From NCBI GenBank assembly GCA_030610945.1, contig JAUWQV010000001.1, positions 25,901 through 89,900 of the forward strand: a DNA stretch of 64,000 nt, given 5' to 3'. The stretch is from Methanocellales archaeon (GTDB lineage: Archaea > Halobacteriota > UBA148 > JAUWXC01). The translations under genes and the position numbers were made by a program. The notes beneath the pieces were generated by a model. That model saw nothing but the letters and a program-made list of their open reading frames with translations, had not been told where the DNA came from and ran no database searches. Below are positions 39,600 to 50,110 of this stretch, piece by piece; the stretch's first letter is position 1; every line of letters begins with the position of its first letter.

Positions 39600-41255
39600 T
39601 TAGCACCTCACAGCATTCACAATAACAGGATTTAAACCAGCAAACTTCCTGATATATTTTACTCGTTCATGTTTCAATTGAGTGGCATACGCTTCAATTT
39701 GCGCTTCGGAATAAAACCGGGTTAAGTCGAACCTTGTCATATCCATTCCCTCCACTTTCTTTGGAACCTGAACGCCAAAGTAGGGTTCACGCGTCCATTC
39801 GATGGCACCTCTGGCTATTCCTCTTATGATTGCAGCCATCTCAGATATCTCCACCCTTGCCACCTTTTGCTTTATTACTATGCCATCCTCGCTTTTCTCC
39901 ATAATCTCGCCAACACCACCGGTATTCAAGAGATAACATTGAATTTTGTCGCCATGTCTTTTGAGGAACTCATAGAATATGTTGCCCTCCTCTGCCTCAT
40001 CGCCTATGATAAATGGATTGGTACCCACAACCCTGACAGATTCACCCACCCTGCGTGGGTCACTGGCTGTGGTCTCTATAGATTCACCGAGCATAAATGT
40101 GGCAGCAGCCTGTTCATGTGTCAACTTCGATGCGAGGGGCACGATTGTGTTCCTCCTGGTGATGAATAAAACTATCATTCCATCGAGTTCATTAATAAGA
40201 GGCAAATCAACGCTATAGCATACGTGCTTATCGCCCAAATCCGCCCTCTGAATTACACCCCGGCCATTGCCGGTGAGCGTTTCATCCAAAAAGGAGACTT
40301 TACCGTGGTAGTCGACCATAACATTTTCAAAAACTGCGTCTTTCTTCGTCGCAGCGTTGTGGATTAGTGGGTGATTGAGCGGGTCGATATCGGTCTTTAG
40401 GAAAAATCCCCTTTCAGGACCAAGAGCTGAGCCATCCTGGCAGAGGAAAACGACATCATCTTGGACTATTTCTATACCTTCACCTTCTCCATTCAATCCA
40501 TGGTCGTGGCACGTATGCGTTGTCTTGCCCGTACCAGAGAGTCCGAACAGGAGCGTGCCATATCTTTGTATCTTGCCAGTCTTATCCCTTGCTCGAATAA
40601 TCTTCGCTCCGGCATGAAGACCTAACATCCCTCTTTGCTTGGCATGCCACATTGCCAGCCTGAGGAATGCTTTTTTGGATTCGCCCAAGTAATCCGTACC
40701 AAGGACATAAGTGATGCCTATTTCTGGAAAAACGAGTATTTGTCTATCCTTTTCATGCCACTCAGGCACCTGGATAAGGCAAAAGTCAGGACCTTTACTA
40801 TTCTTTGAGTCAAAAAGTAACGTGCTCCACATGTAAGCGATGCGCGCGCTATCCTTACGTTGAGTCGAGAGAAACATTGTGCAGTTAGGAGTGAAATAAG
40901 GATTGGCACCCATCGTCCCCTTCACGCAGATTAACGGAGCCTTTTTCAGATATTCGTGCACCGATTCTATTGTTTTTGAGGCGTTCTGGATGATGGCTTT
41001 TTGTTTTTTACTCGGAGCTGGCAGCATGAGTTCTGGGCTACCAAGGTACACGGTCAGACCAGCACTTCTATTTCGTACCGTGGATACGAAAACGTAATTT
41101 CCAAACTCAGTCAGTATGCCGCTTTGCTCCGCTGTCTTGCGCAGTTCCTCGGGCGCAGGATGAGACACGTTGGGTTGATGTTCCAATCCCCTAACAAATG
41201 ACATGACTTCTTGACGCACGTGCTCAATATCTGTCCGCTCCATTGAGTTCACCAT
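39600..41255 (-). CDS. pckA: Phosphoenolpyruvate carboxykinase (ATP type, divergent)
   Basis: GTDYLGESKK, LHAG, FGLSGTGKTT, QDD, TGNGR, YLLNTG. Confidence 0.85.
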   Translation of the reverse strand: MVNSMERTDIEHVRQEVMSFVRGLEHQPNVSHPAPEELRKTAEQSGILTEFGNYVFVSTVRNRSAGLTVYLGSPELMLPAPSKKQKAIIQNASKTIESVHEYLKKAPLICVKGTMGANPYFTPNCTMFLSTQRKDSARIAYMWSTLLFDSKNSKGPDFCLIQVPEWHEKDRQILVFPEIGITYVLGTDYLGESKKAFLRLAMWHAKQRGMLGLHAGAKIIRARDKTGKIQRYGTLLFGLSGTGKTTHTCHDHGLNGEGEGIEIVQDDVVFLCQDGSALGPERGFFLKTDIDPLNHPLIHNAATKKDAVFENVMVDYHGKVSFLDETLTGNGRGVIQRADLGDKHVCYSVDLPLINELDGMIVLFITRRNTIVPLASKLTHEQAAATFMLGESIETTASDPRRVGESVRVVGTNPFIIGDEAEEGNIFYEFLKRHGDKIQCYLLNTGGVGEIMEKSEDGIVIKQKVARVEISEMAAIIRGIARGAIEWTREPYFGVQVPKKVEGMDMTRFDLTRFYSEAQIEAYATQLKHERVKYIRKFAGLNPVIVNAVRC

Positions 41256-41299
41256 AATGCCCTTTCCGATACGATATCATAACTATAAAAATCAATCGA

Positions 41300-42505
41300 T
41301 TACACGAAATCAGATATATAGCGCTGGGATTTAGGCACTCTGGACCCCTTTGGCAACTCAACCCTGCCGTATTGGCCTCCGCCGCCGGGATGAAGGATTA
41401 TCCTGCCTTCCCTGAAGGCAACGATGGCGTCCCGCACACTTTCGTCAACCATGTTCAATTGCTCGATGTCAGCATCGACCAAAATCGTTACCTCATTGCC
41501 TAACGCACTCACCATCGTGCCCCACACATCTCTTACCGCTTTGGTATTCGAGTCAGATACGCCAAGCGCCAGGGCAATTATTTCTGCCAGTGGAATCAGC
41601 CTGAGATATGGTGGCCTGTGCTGTGGATGTCTTGGTTTCTCGTAATCGGCCAGTTCACTCACCCTGTCGCGAACGCCCTTTTTGATAAGACCTCCGCAGG
41701 TGCAACGCCATTTCCGCTCCTGGCACATCTGAAGAGAATAATGCTTATAACACCGTATACAGGCACTTTCATTATATTTTCCCTCTTCTGGCGGAAGGCC
41801 AACATTTAATATAGGCTTCCTGCCGTTCTTGCGCAGAATCGCCTGCTTCAACTCTTCAAACGTGGGCGCATCCACCTCAAATCGGTTGAACTCCCTTGCA
41901 AGCCTGATGGGCCATGGACTGTGGGCATCGGAATTTGTCAGAAATGTCAGATTTTGCAATTCAGCAATCCTGTCAGCATAGTCAGAATCTGCGCTCAACC
42001 CCAACTCGATGAACGCCACATGAGATGCCATAGGACCATAGCAGTCGATGAGACTGTCAAAGTAGGCATACATCGCAGTCCATGGTGTAAACGCATGAGA
42101 GGGACCAAATAACGCACCCACATCCTTTGCATGTTGCGCAAGTTGCTCCCCATTCAGGCGCACCTTTGGTCGTCCATCAGAGGCAAGATTGGAAAAAGAC
42201 GCCAGGCGTTCCTGTAATTCTTCCGCCTTTGAAATGGATGGAAGAATCAGTAAATGATGGACCCTAGCAGAGTCCTCTATCTCGCATGTAAGAACAAAAC
42301 GTGTGTCATTGGCAACAAATGTGCCCTCATCCACGGGTTTTAATGCCTTGATGTCCGACAGCCATTTAGGGTGAAGGCAATCGCCCGTGCCAATGAGCCC
42401 TATGCCCTTTTTCGCAGCTTCCCGCGCGAGCGTTGACAAATCCATCCTAGCAGATGTCGCAGCAGAATACTTGGAATGAATATGCAGATCGGCATTCATG
42501 TGCAT
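41300..42505 (-). CDS. PHP-domain nuclease, TIGR00375/Endonuclease Q-like
   Basis: ADLHIHSKYS, HAFTPW, ELGLSAD, NSDAHS, CxxC...CxC zinc site, PGGGGQYG, PIP-like QRYISDF. Confidence 0.87.
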   Translation of the reverse strand: MHMNADLHIHSKYSAATSARMDLSTLAREAAKKGIGLIGTGDCLHPKWLSDIKALKPVDEGTFVANDTRFVLTCEIEDSARVHHLLILPSISKAEELQERLASFSNLASDGRPKVRLNGEQLAQHAKDVGALFGPSHAFTPWTAMYAYFDSLIDCYGPMASHVAFIELGLSADSDYADRIAELQNLTFLTNSDAHSPWPIRLAREFNRFEVDAPTFEELKQAILRKNGRKPILNVGLPPEEGKYNESACIRCYKHYSLQMCQERKWRCTCGGLIKKGVRDRVSELADYEKPRHPQHRPPYLRLIPLAEIIALALGVSDSNTKAVRDVWGTMVSALGNEVTILVDADIEQLNMVDESVRDAIVAFREGRIILHPGGGGQYGRVELPKGSRVPKSQRYISDFV

Positions 42506-42509
42506 AGAA

Positions 42510-43286
42510 TCATCCGATGTATCTCAGGTCTTCCTCTGTACTAATGGGCTTTAACTGTGCCTTTTCCATTTCCCGCAACTTGGCAACGATTTTTTCCATA
42601 TCCTTTGCCCTGGATTCTAGGGCGCCCATATCGATATCTATGGTAAGAATCTTGGATAACACCTTGAGGACAGCTTGAGCACTACTCGGGTCCACCAGAT
42701 ACCCGGAGGTTTCACCCATAATACAGACGGCTTCAATCCCCCTGAGTTTGCCTAATCCAAGAAGCAATCCTGAGGCGCCGATGATGCCTCCGCCTGGCTC
42801 ATTCTCTTGGAATAGAACACCATATTTCTTCATCTCATCTACTAATTCTAGCGTATTGGCAGCGCCTAACACACGTGGCGTATCGACTAATTGACCTATA
42901 CCATAGCCGCCCAGCGTATAGATTCGCTTAACCCCGTACTTCTCTGCAATATTAAGGTATACCTCGGCAAGTTCATAATGACCCTCGTTGGTCACGCTCT
43001 GATAATCCCCAATTAGAAGCAGGAGGTTGTGTTTTTTGTCCGCATACACCTCATTTCTCACAAGTTTTACCGTGCCGTCATCCGCCACCAGGACCTGTGG
43101 GGGAAAATGCGGCGAATACACCTCAATGATTTTCTCAGCACCCAACTCCTCCACCATGTGCTCTGCCACTAACTTTCCCACGTGCCCCACGCCTGGCAGC
43201 CCTTCCACTATGACGGGGTTTTTTAACTTCACGTCCTTGAGTTGAATAACTGTGGTCTCCTTTATTTGATTGAGTCGCTCTGGCAT
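42510..43286 (-). CDS. PAC2-family proteasome assembly chaperone
   Basis: EGLPGVGHVGK, YSPHFPPQV, GETSGYLVDP, C-terminal YIG. Confidence 0.9.
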   Translation of the reverse strand: MPERLNQIKETTVIQLKDVKLKNPVIVEGLPGVGHVGKLVAEHMVEELGAEKIIEVYSPHFPPQVLVADDGTVKLVRNEVYADKKHNLLLLIGDYQSVTNEGHYELAEVYLNIAEKYGVKRIYTLGGYGIGQLVDTPRVLGAANTLELVDEMKKYGVLFQENEPGGGIIGASGLLLGLGKLRGIEAVCIMGETSGYLVDPSSAQAVLKVLSKILTIDIDMGALESRAKDMEKIVAKLREMEKAQLKPISTEEDLRYIG

Positions 43287-43432
43287 TTCTTCATCATCCT
43301 CCTATACTTGCCATAAGGGTCCTTGGGCGAAAATCTAGGCGGTATAGAACTCCTTGTTTTTTTACCACAATTCGGGCATGTGTCTTTGAGGGTATAAGTA
43401 CCGCACTCGCATTGGCGTATTTTCGATTTCAT
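43262..43432 (-). CDS. nop10: H/ACA RNP protein Nop10
   Basis: Not in the ORF track (56 aa): MKSKIRQCECGTYTLKDTCPNCG...PPRFSPKDPYGKYRR. Confidence 0.93.
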   Translation of the reverse strand: MKSKIRQCECGTYTLKDTCPNCGKKTRSSIPPRFSPKDPYGKYRRMMKKCQSDSIK

Positions 43433-43444
43433 GTTTATTCCAAG

Positions 43445-44239
43445 TCAAGACGTGCTCAGCTGCCTGTGAAACTCCCCCACACCGCCTTTGGCCCTAACGA
43501 TCTCAATAGCGGCATCAGCTGCCTTTCTGAGCACATTTTCCGCTTTTTTGTAATCGGGTGCCACTACTCTAATCCGATAACGCGGCGCACCCACATAACT
43601 GAGTTTAAGGTTAACCTCAGGCGCTTCAACTTTTCCTGCCACTCTCAACGCCTCCTTGATTATCTGTACTCCATTTGGAAGCGGACACGTTAGGTCAACA
43701 TAACCAGTAATAGTAACTTCTGAGATTTTTACGTTTTCCGCTGCAATCTTTGCGATGGCATCAGCGTATTTTCTCGGAATGCCGAGCTTTATGATGGCCT
43801 CTGCGCCGTTCACAGCGACCTCTTCGAATGCAGAATAGAGGTTACCAAACTCCTCAAATAACGTAGATATGACATCGTGCATGCCTTTAACGTCAGTGCC
43901 TAAAGATTCGGCGACAATATGCATCCATTTTTCCGCCTTCTGCTCGTTCTTCCAACTCTGTATCTTCTCCTTGCGCTGGTGCTCGTTTACATCCTTCAGT
44001 GAAAGGTCGATGTGCCCTTTGGACGAGATGTTTAACACCTTGCATACGACCTTCTGCCCTTCCTTGATATGGTCGCGGACATATTTTATCCATCCTGAGG
44101 CAACCTCCGAGATGTGGATTAAGGCCTCTTTTCCGTCATATTCGTCCAAATTGACGAACGCACCGAAGTCGGCCACCTTTTTAACAGTGCAGACGACTAA
44201 GTCTCCCTGCTCAGGGTACTCCTCCCCTGTGAGCGTCAT
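43445..44239 (-). CDS. eif2a: Translation initiation factor 2 alpha subunit
   Basis: S1 domain [31 protein letters not shown]. Confidence 0.96.
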   Translation of the reverse strand: MTLTGEEYPEQGDLVVCTVKKVADFGAFVNLDEYDGKEALIHISEVASGWIKYVRDHIKEGQKVVCKVLNISSKGHIDLSLKDVNEHQRKEKIQSWKNEQKAEKWMHIVAESLGTDVKGMHDVISTLFEEFGNLYSAFEEVAVNGAEAIIKLGIPRKYADAIAKIAAENVKISEVTITGYVDLTCPLPNGVQIIKEALRVAGKVEAPEVNLKLSYVGAPRYRIRVVAPDYKKAENVLRKAADAAIEIVRAKGGVGEFHRQLSTS

Positions 44240-44400
44240 AACACCTCTAGGACCTTCGTCTTTATTTTCGCCTTTCCACCAGTGGGTTCAGCCAGCGTCC
44301 GGCCGCAGACAAGGCACACTATAACTGAACTGGCTTTCTCAAAAATAACCTGTTCATTCTCGCAATCGTCACACTTGACCTTAATAAATTTGCCGCCCAT
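44236..44400 (-). CDS. rps27e: 30S ribosomal protein S27e
   Basis: Not in the ORF track (54 aa): [16 protein letters not shown]...[16 protein letters not shown]. Confidence 0.95.
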   Translation of the reverse strand: MGGKFIKVKCDDCENEQVIFEKASSVIVCLVCGRTLAEPTGGKAKIKTKVLEVL

Positions 44401-44402
44401 GG

Positions 44403-44681
44403 TTACTCCACCAACTCGAATTTAGAGGCCCTAAAGCAAGGCCTTTGATGCGCTTTTTTACACTCTGTACACCTATAACGCAGAAACACCCTCTTTGTTG
44501 GCTTATCTCCGCCTGGCACCTTGGAGAATTTTCCCAGGTTGCCGATGCCTTTTGTCCTCTCTTTCTGTCGTGCAATCCATGTCAATGTCGAGGTGCGTCC
44601 TTTCTTGACTTTTTCCACTTCGTGCATTGTATGCTTTTTGCAGTAAGGACAATGCGTCTTAAGTTTTTTAGGCATCTTCAT
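44403..44681 (-). CDS. rpl44e: 50S ribosomal protein L44e
   Basis: MKMPKK...CPYCKKHT...KPTKR...CTECKK. Confidence 0.95.
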   Translation of the reverse strand: MKMPKKLKTHCPYCKKHTMHEVEKVKKGRTSTLTWIARQKERTKGIGNLGKFSKVPGGDKPTKRVFLRYRCTECKKAHQRPCFRASKFELVE

Positions 44682-45288
44682 TTTTATCACTCTTTCCAAC
44701 TTTAATTGCTACAGCAACATGCCTATCGCACAAAGCCTTGGCATTTACCTCTGGCAAAACCGCCACGTCTTCGTTTGATAACTGATAACTGCGTCCATCA
44801 GTACCCATAAATGTAGGAATGTCCTTAAGCACCCTAACGACGGTAAACTCCTTCCCTATATCCGTTCTCTTTAATAAAGAGCTTTCGGTGCGCCTGGGTG
44901 TTTTCTCTGTTTTTTCTGCCACCTTGGGTTGAACGATGGAGCCCAATATCTTGGATTTACCTTCCTGTATTGAGCAGACCAGTTGCTCGAAGATTTTTAG
45001 TTCCTCCTGGGTTGCACCATCTGGCTGAATATCCAATCCAAATGCCCTTGTAGATGCCATTTTTACGATTTTCCCCAGACGCCGCTTGAATATCTCGTCT
45101 ATAACGCACCTGGCACTTTGTAGCTCGTCCTCAATCATCGCTACTCTGGCAGCATCCGCATGTCTTTTGCGATCCTCCAGCTCGTTGATATAGGCTCTAA
45201 CATTCTCATAAAAATCATGTCCAAGCGCCTGCAAACCTTGTGAGCGCCTCTCATTCACCTGTATCAAACGCATATCTTCAAGATTCAT
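44668..45288 (-). CDS. GINS complex subunit (Gins51-like)
   Basis: Helical A domain [10 protein letters not shown] plus B domain [15 protein letters not shown]; lies between priS and rpl44e. Confidence 0.85.
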   Translation of the reverse strand: MNLEDMRLIQVNERRSQGLQALGHDFYENVRAYINELEDRKRHADAARVAMIEDELQSARCVIDEIFKRRLGKIVKMASTRAFGLDIQPDGATQEELKIFEQLVCSIQEGKSKILGSIVQPKVAEKTEKTPRRTESSLLKRTDIGKEFTVVRVLKDIPTFMGTDGRSYQLSNEDVAVLPEVNAKALCDRHVAVAIKVGKSDKNEDA

Positions 45289-46459
45289 ATTCAGCTGCAC
45301 CCCTGCACATCAAAAAGACAGCAAGATGTTCGGGAAGTTTCTGTTTCCCCTTTCTTAGCCTATATTCTTCGCCTTTTATCTCTACGTTGCTTGCCTTGAT
45401 AACGTTTACCCCAACGCTTTCATCTCCGAAAACAACGGCATCCCTTAATGGGTTGAAGTCTTTAAGCGTGTCAAGTGTCAGGGGCGTGACACGAAAACTA
45501 GACCCGCCATGAAGGGATGTCGGGAGGCGTATCAACCGCTTCGTATCTGCCGTCACGGGTTCGTCGATCTTAACGCCTATGTCGGCAATAGCCATTTGGA
45601 CAAGTGATCTCCAGAAGGTTATTGGAATCTTCCTGGATACATCGAGATTGCCCTTTTTGATGCTATCGATATTACCTTTGTCCCTTGCCACCCTTAGGAT
45701 TTCTAACGCCCTCTCATCACCAATGCCCCCAAAGCTCTTGAGAATCTGCACCGCCTGCTTATCCTTTTTGCGACCTAAATCCACTAAAAAAGAGATAACC
45801 CATCTATTGATTCTGCCTCCCCAACCAGCATCCCTGTATGAAGACATACGAACGGTCTCGGCACTTATGCGCCCTACGTCTCCGTATACGACTCTTTCGC
45901 CAAAGATTCTGTCTAACTCAAGCTCCAAACCAGTAATATAATCCACAATTTCTCTTCGTTCGGGGCTTTCTAAGCCAATCACATTGGGATCTCTCACGTG
46001 AATGTGATAGCCTCTGCCTCCGGAAAAAATGACTTGCATGTAATCCTTACCAAACCCAAAATCTGAGAGCAGGAAGTCGATGAGCTTGAGCGTTTCATCC
46101 TTCACCTTTTGGAGCATGTCGCCATAGGTTGTCCATTTTAGGTTAAGGTGGTCCGCATCCAAGTCGAATATTAGGTCTGCTCCTTGCCATCCTTTCTCCT
46201 TCATGGTCGGAGCAGATGGATTAGAATAATATGCGGAGGAGTGAAACACGTGTGCAGGCACCATGCTCTTGATGTAGTCAACAGCCTCGCCCTCACTCGT
46301 GAAGGATTTATGGCGGCGCATAACTATGTCTGGATACGATTCATCGAAGAAGATAAAACCCCATTCCCTCTTTTCGAATTGTGGTGGCAACAGGAGGCTT
46401 GCGCTACTATAATACTCCCTGAATTTGTCCCGCAAGAATTCCTTTGTTTGAACTTGCAT
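45278..46459 (-). CDS. priS: DNA primase small subunit
   Basis: REWGF, LIFDLDAD, FSGGRGYH, IDEPVTADTKRLIRLPTSLHG. Confidence 0.96.
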   Translation of the reverse strand: MQVQTKEFLRDKFREYYSSASLLLPPQFEKREWGFIFFDESYPDIVMRRHKSFTSEGEAVDYIKSMVPAHVFHSSAYYSNPSAPTMKEKGWQGADLIFDLDADHLNLKWTTYGDMLQKVKDETLKLIDFLLSDFGFGKDYMQVIFSGGRGYHIHVRDPNVIGLESPERREIVDYITGLELELDRIFGERVVYGDVGRISAETVRMSSYRDAGWGGRINRWVISFLVDLGRKKDKQAVQILKSFGGIGDERALEILRVARDKGNIDSIKKGNLDVSRKIPITFWRSLVQMAIADIGVKIDEPVTADTKRLIRLPTSLHGGSSFRVTPLTLDTLKDFNPLRDAVVFGDESVGVNVIKASNVEIKGEEYRLRKGKQKLPEHLAVFLMCRGAAEYES

Positions 46460-46486
46460 GGTCGATAATTAATTGAACTTCCCCAT

Positions 46487-47272
46487 TTAAAACCAATACC
46501 TCAGCGATGCCAGGCACCCTATCACGAAGAATGTCATAGCCATCACAGCGATGTCCTGCGCTCCGATTCGTTTCTCACTGACGTACATCTGCGAATCGGG
46601 ATTATACCCCCTGCTCAACATGCTCAGATACACCTTTTCTCCCTGCTCGTATGCCCGAATGAACAGCGTGCCTATGGTGTAACTAATCTGCTCCAATATC
46701 CATTTGTATGGCTTACCCCTAACGCTAAAACATCGAGTCTTCTGCGCCGTGCGTATTCGCTGGAATGCGTCGTAGAACACGAACAGATACCGGGTCATTA
46801 GTCCCAGCAACAGGGCAAACTCCCTGGGCAATCCCAGTCTCCTCGCAGAACCCACCAATTCCTGCATAGGCGTCGTGGACGATAGAAGGATGATAGCGGT
46901 CACGCACACGATGAGTTTGAAGAATAACAGCAGCCCAAAGAGGATGCCTTCATACGTGATTGTCAGGCCAAATGGAAGAGAGTACAATACGATGCCGGTT
47001 CGTATAAATGGTTGAAATAGTGCGATAATACCACCAAAGGGGAGGATTAAAAGGATTCTCGTCATGACGTAACGCAAACTGAGCTTGGATAAGAGTAGGA
47101 GAAGAAAGAGGTATGATTCCAAGAGCAAAAGAGGAATGACATCTGGCGCGGTCACCGCATAGAGTATTATTCCAAGTGCCATGATTATTTTAATGCGACC
47201 GTCAAGTCTGTGTACGACGCTATCCTTGTAAACCTCTCTTTCTATGTGCGCTATGGATGAATGAAGCCCCAT
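46487..47272 (-). CDS. cbiQ: ECF transporter T component CbiQ/NikQ
   Basis: HRLDGRIK, AQKTR, SMLSRG. Confidence 0.9.
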   Translation of the reverse strand: MGLHSSIAHIEREVYKDSVVHRLDGRIKIIMALGIILYAVTAPDVIPLLLLESYLFLLLLLSKLSLRYVMTRILLILPFGGIIALFQPFIRTGIVLYSLPFGLTITYEGILFGLLLFFKLIVCVTAIILLSSTTPMQELVGSARRLGLPREFALLLGLMTRYLFVFYDAFQRIRTAQKTRCFSVRGKPYKWILEQISYTIGTLFIRAYEQGEKVYLSMLSRGYNPDSQMYVSEKRIGAQDIAVMAMTFFVIGCLASLRYWF

Positions 47273-47273
47273 A

Positions 47274-48104
47274 TCATGCCCTCAAAATGCGCAGTAATTC
47301 TTGCTTGGCTTCACCGAGGGTCAGCGGCGTCGTATTCAGCGACACACCCTCCTCTTTTAGGGATTCAAATAACTGCGCTATCAATGGCAATCGCAAGCCC
47401 GCTTTTTCAATCGCATCCCTCTGCGAAAATACCTCCCTCGGCGTCCCCTGCGTTATCATGCGCCCCTTGGAGAGTATGACAATCCTATCAGCGAACAGTG
47501 GCACCTCGTCAACGTCCTGCGTGGCAACTATTATCGTCATCCCAAAATCGTCGTTCAGCCTGCGAATTAACTGCACTACCATAGCGATGCCGTTAGGGTC
47601 GAGATTCGCTGTTGGCTCATCCAACACCATCACCTGCGGTTCCATTGCAAGGATGCCGGCAATCGCAACTCTTTTCTTTTGACCACTGCTGAGATGATGT
47701 GGGACCTTGTCCTCATATCCGGCCATTCCGACCAGTTCAAGCGATTCCTTTACCCTGTGCTCCACCACGTCTTTTGACAAGCCGAGGTTCATAGGGCCAA
47801 ATGCTACATCTTGCCTGACCGTTGGCGCAAAAATCTGGTCGTCCGGATCCTGAAAAACCAAGCCGACAGTCTTCCTAACGTCAAGAATGTTCTTTTTTGT
47901 TATCGACTCGCCCTTCACTAAAACAGTGCCGCTTGTAGGCTTTAATATGCCATTAAAATGCTTGAGCAACGTCGTCTTACCTGCGCCGTTGGCACCGAGA
48001 ATGGCGACAATTTCACTACGCTTGACGATGAAATCGACATCGTCTAATGCCCTGGTTCCATTATGATAGACATAGGTCAAATTCCGCGCTTCAAGTATGT
48101 GCAT
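47274..48104 (-). CDS. cbiO: ECF transporter ATPase CbiO/NikO
   Basis: GANGAGKT, VFQDPDDQ, LSSGQKKR, LDEPT. Confidence 0.92.
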   Translation of the reverse strand: MHILEARNLTYVYHNGTRALDDVDFIVKRSEIVAILGANGAGKTTLLKHFNGILKPTSGTVLVKGESITKKNILDVRKTVGLVFQDPDDQIFAPTVRQDVAFGPMNLGLSKDVVEHRVKESLELVGMAGYEDKVPHHLSSGQKKRVAIAGILAMEPQVMVLDEPTANLDPNGIAMVVQLIRRLNDDFGMTIIVATQDVDEVPLFADRIVILSKGRMITQGTPREVFSQRDAIEKAGLRLPLIAQLFESLKEEGVSLNTTPLTLGEAKQELLRILRA

Positions 48105-48114
48105 GACATCACAG

Positions 48115-48387
48115 CTATGTTTTTTTGAGTATCATGCCAGCGCCGTAAGCCATGACCAGCATCAATAATGTGCCAATCATGATGGCGAGCACTTCCCCCG
48201 TCCGACCCATGCCCTCTATCGCATAGTCAGGCATTGGCGAGTTAAACGCAACATAATCCATGCCCTCTGCACTCGAAAATTTTTCCGCCGCACTCTCCAA
48301 TCCATCAGGATTGCTCGATGCCAGAAAAGGCGCCAGTCCCGCTATGAGCAATGCGATTGCAATTCCAAATACAAGCGTCTTTCTCAT
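48115..48387 (-). CDS. PDGLE-domain ECF accessory subunit (NikN-like)
   Basis: ASSNPDGLE and PMPDY between two TM segments. Confidence 0.9.
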   Translation of the reverse strand: MRKTLVFGIAIALLIAGLAPFLASSNPDGLESAAEKFSSAEGMDYVAFNSPMPDYAIEGMGRTGEVLAIMIGTLLMLVMAYGAGMILKKT

Positions 48388-49025
48388 GCGCTCACCTTCC
48401 TCTCTGAAGGCAATATATCCGGCCTGACGTTCAGCACGACACCGATGACGATAGCCGTAATGACGCCTTCACCAATGACACCTATGACTGCATGGTACAA
48501 CCCCATGAAATACAATCCTTCAACAAGGGGAAACGTTCCTGCCAGCCACAACTCCACAGCGCATACCAGAGCCGAGACAAATAATCCAAGCCATGCTCCG
48601 ATAAAGGATGCTGCGACGATTTTGGTGCCGAGTTTCTTGAACCCCTCATAGGAATAGTAGCCAACAAAACAACTTATGATGCCCATGTTGAGTATGTTCA
48701 CTCCCAAAGTGGTGATGCCTCCATCAGCAAACACGAAGCCCTGAACCAGCAACACCAGCGTCAATAACAATACGCCTGCCCATGGGCTTCCCAAGATTAT
48801 GGCCGCCATTACCGCGCCAACCATGTGCCCGCTGGTGCCCCATGGTATCGGCAGGTTCATGGCCTGAATGGCGAAGATGCCTGCTGCAAGTGTCGCGAGC
48901 AGCGGCACTTTCAGCTCATCCATTTCCTTACTTGCCCACCTCAAAGACGCAAGAATGAAGGGGGCCGCTACTGCGAAATATATCGCGCATTGCCATAGTG
49001 GTACAAATCCATCTGGTATGTGCAT
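48384..49025 (-). CDS. cbiM: ECF S component NikM/CbiM
   Basis: MHIPDG metal-binding N-terminus, GTSGH, ADGGITTLGVN. Confidence 0.93.
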   Translation of the reverse strand: MHIPDGFVPLWQCAIYFAVAAPFILASLRWASKEMDELKVPLLATLAAGIFAIQAMNLPIPWGTSGHMVGAVMAAIILGSPWAGVLLLTLVLLVQGFVFADGGITTLGVNILNMGIISCFVGYYSYEGFKKLGTKIVAASFIGAWLGLFVSALVCAVELWLAGTFPLVEGLYFMGLYHAVIGVIGEGVITAIVIGVVLNVRPDILPSERKVSA

Positions 49026-49034
49026 TTTATCACC

Positions 49035-49062
49035 GTGTTAAGTTTAAACAAAAAAGTAATAC
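49035..49062. promoter_or_regulatory. Candidate NikR operator 1
   Basis: GTGTTA-N16-TAATAC, the 6-16-6 NikR architecture, just upstream of cbiM. Confidence 0.65.
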
Positions 49063-49100
49063 TAATTCGCACTTAAATATGTTTTGGTGTGACTAAGAAA

Positions 49101-49128
49101 GTGTTATTTATTGCTACGAAATATATAC
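49101..49128. promoter_or_regulatory. Candidate NikR operator 2 (autoregulation)
   Basis: GTGTTA-N16-ATATAC upstream of nikR. Confidence 0.45.
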
Positions 49129-49148
49129 GAAGGTAGCAAGGTGATATC

Positions 49149-49571
49149 ATGGAACAAGAACTGATGAGAATAGGTGTATCGCTTCCTGCGAATTTGCTGA
49201 GCCGCTTTGACACTATCATCGCGCAACGCGGGTATTCCTCCCGATCAGAAGGAATAAGAGACGCGATCAGAGACTACATCGTAGATTATGAATGGCTGAG
49301 TGGGGAGAAGGGCGAGAAGGTCGGTGTGATAACGCTCATCTACAACCACCACCAGCGTGGCCTGACTGACAGGCTTACAGATCTACAACATGAATCTTTG
49401 AAATTGATAGAGTCATCGCTTCATGTTCATCTGGACCACGACCATTGTATGGAAGTCGTGCTGGTCAGAGGCGATGCAAAGGATATCAAAACCCTCGTGG
49501 AAAAGATGATGGCGCAGAAGGGCATGAAGCACGTGAAATTGACGATTACTTCACCAGGAGAGGGATTGTAG
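49149..49571 (+). CDS. nikR: Nickel-responsive regulator NikR
   Basis: RIGVSL...YSSRSEGIRDAIR RHH domain; HVHLDHDHCME. Confidence 0.96.
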   Translation: MEQELMRIGVSLPANLLSRFDTIIAQRGYSSRSEGIRDAIRDYIVDYEWLSGEKGEKVGVITLIYNHHQRGLTDRLTDLQHESLKLIESSLHVHLDHDHCMEVVLVRGDAKDIKTLVEKMMAQKGMKHVKLTITSPGEGL

Positions 49572-49970
49572 GCCGCACGATTTGGCGTGTTCTTCGAGTT
49601 TGCGCTTATTACTACTGTAAAACAGATGGCCCTCACAATCACAGTCACTTGAGCCAAAGCCTTTTATGGAGTTGAAATGGGCAGCCAGATTTTTTGCGAT
49701 ATCGCACTCCTTTCTCTCGCTGCCCTCAACGTAAAAGATTTTCTTGACCATTGCGTGTGCAAGCAGATAATCGATGTGCCAGTAAAGCTTTTTCTCTGTT
49801 CTCAGGTGCCGCGCTATCCTCGCCTCCAATCCGTTCAGGGCAGAGCCGACATATGCATAAAAGCCGGCGTGAAATTTTATTTTTCCCAGCCTACCAACTT
49901 GAATGTCCATGCTCTTGGGAAGTTCTATGAGTAAGACGTATGTACCCTTTTTATAATTCGCCACATCCAA
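49551..49970 (-). CDS. GIY-YIG (DUF123/Uri) nuclease
   Basis: GTYVL, YAYVGSA, WHIDYLL, GFGSSDCDCEGHL. Confidence 0.88.
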   Translation of the reverse strand: MDVANYKKGTYVLLIELPKSMDIQVGRLGKIKFHAGFYAYVGSALNGLEARIARHLRTEKKLYWHIDYLLAHAMVKKIFYVEGSERKECDIAKNLAAHFNSIKGFGSSDCDCEGHLFYSSNKRKLEEHAKSCGLQSLSW

Positions 49971-50110
49971 TACACTCCATCCTCAATTAACACATGCTCT
50001 TTCCAAGCATACTATGACGTCGTTTCACGACTTTGTCAGTTGTTCAGCATCTTCTCCCCATTAAACTATATATCGCTCGCGAGTGATACAACTTATAGGG
50101 AAGGGGACTA

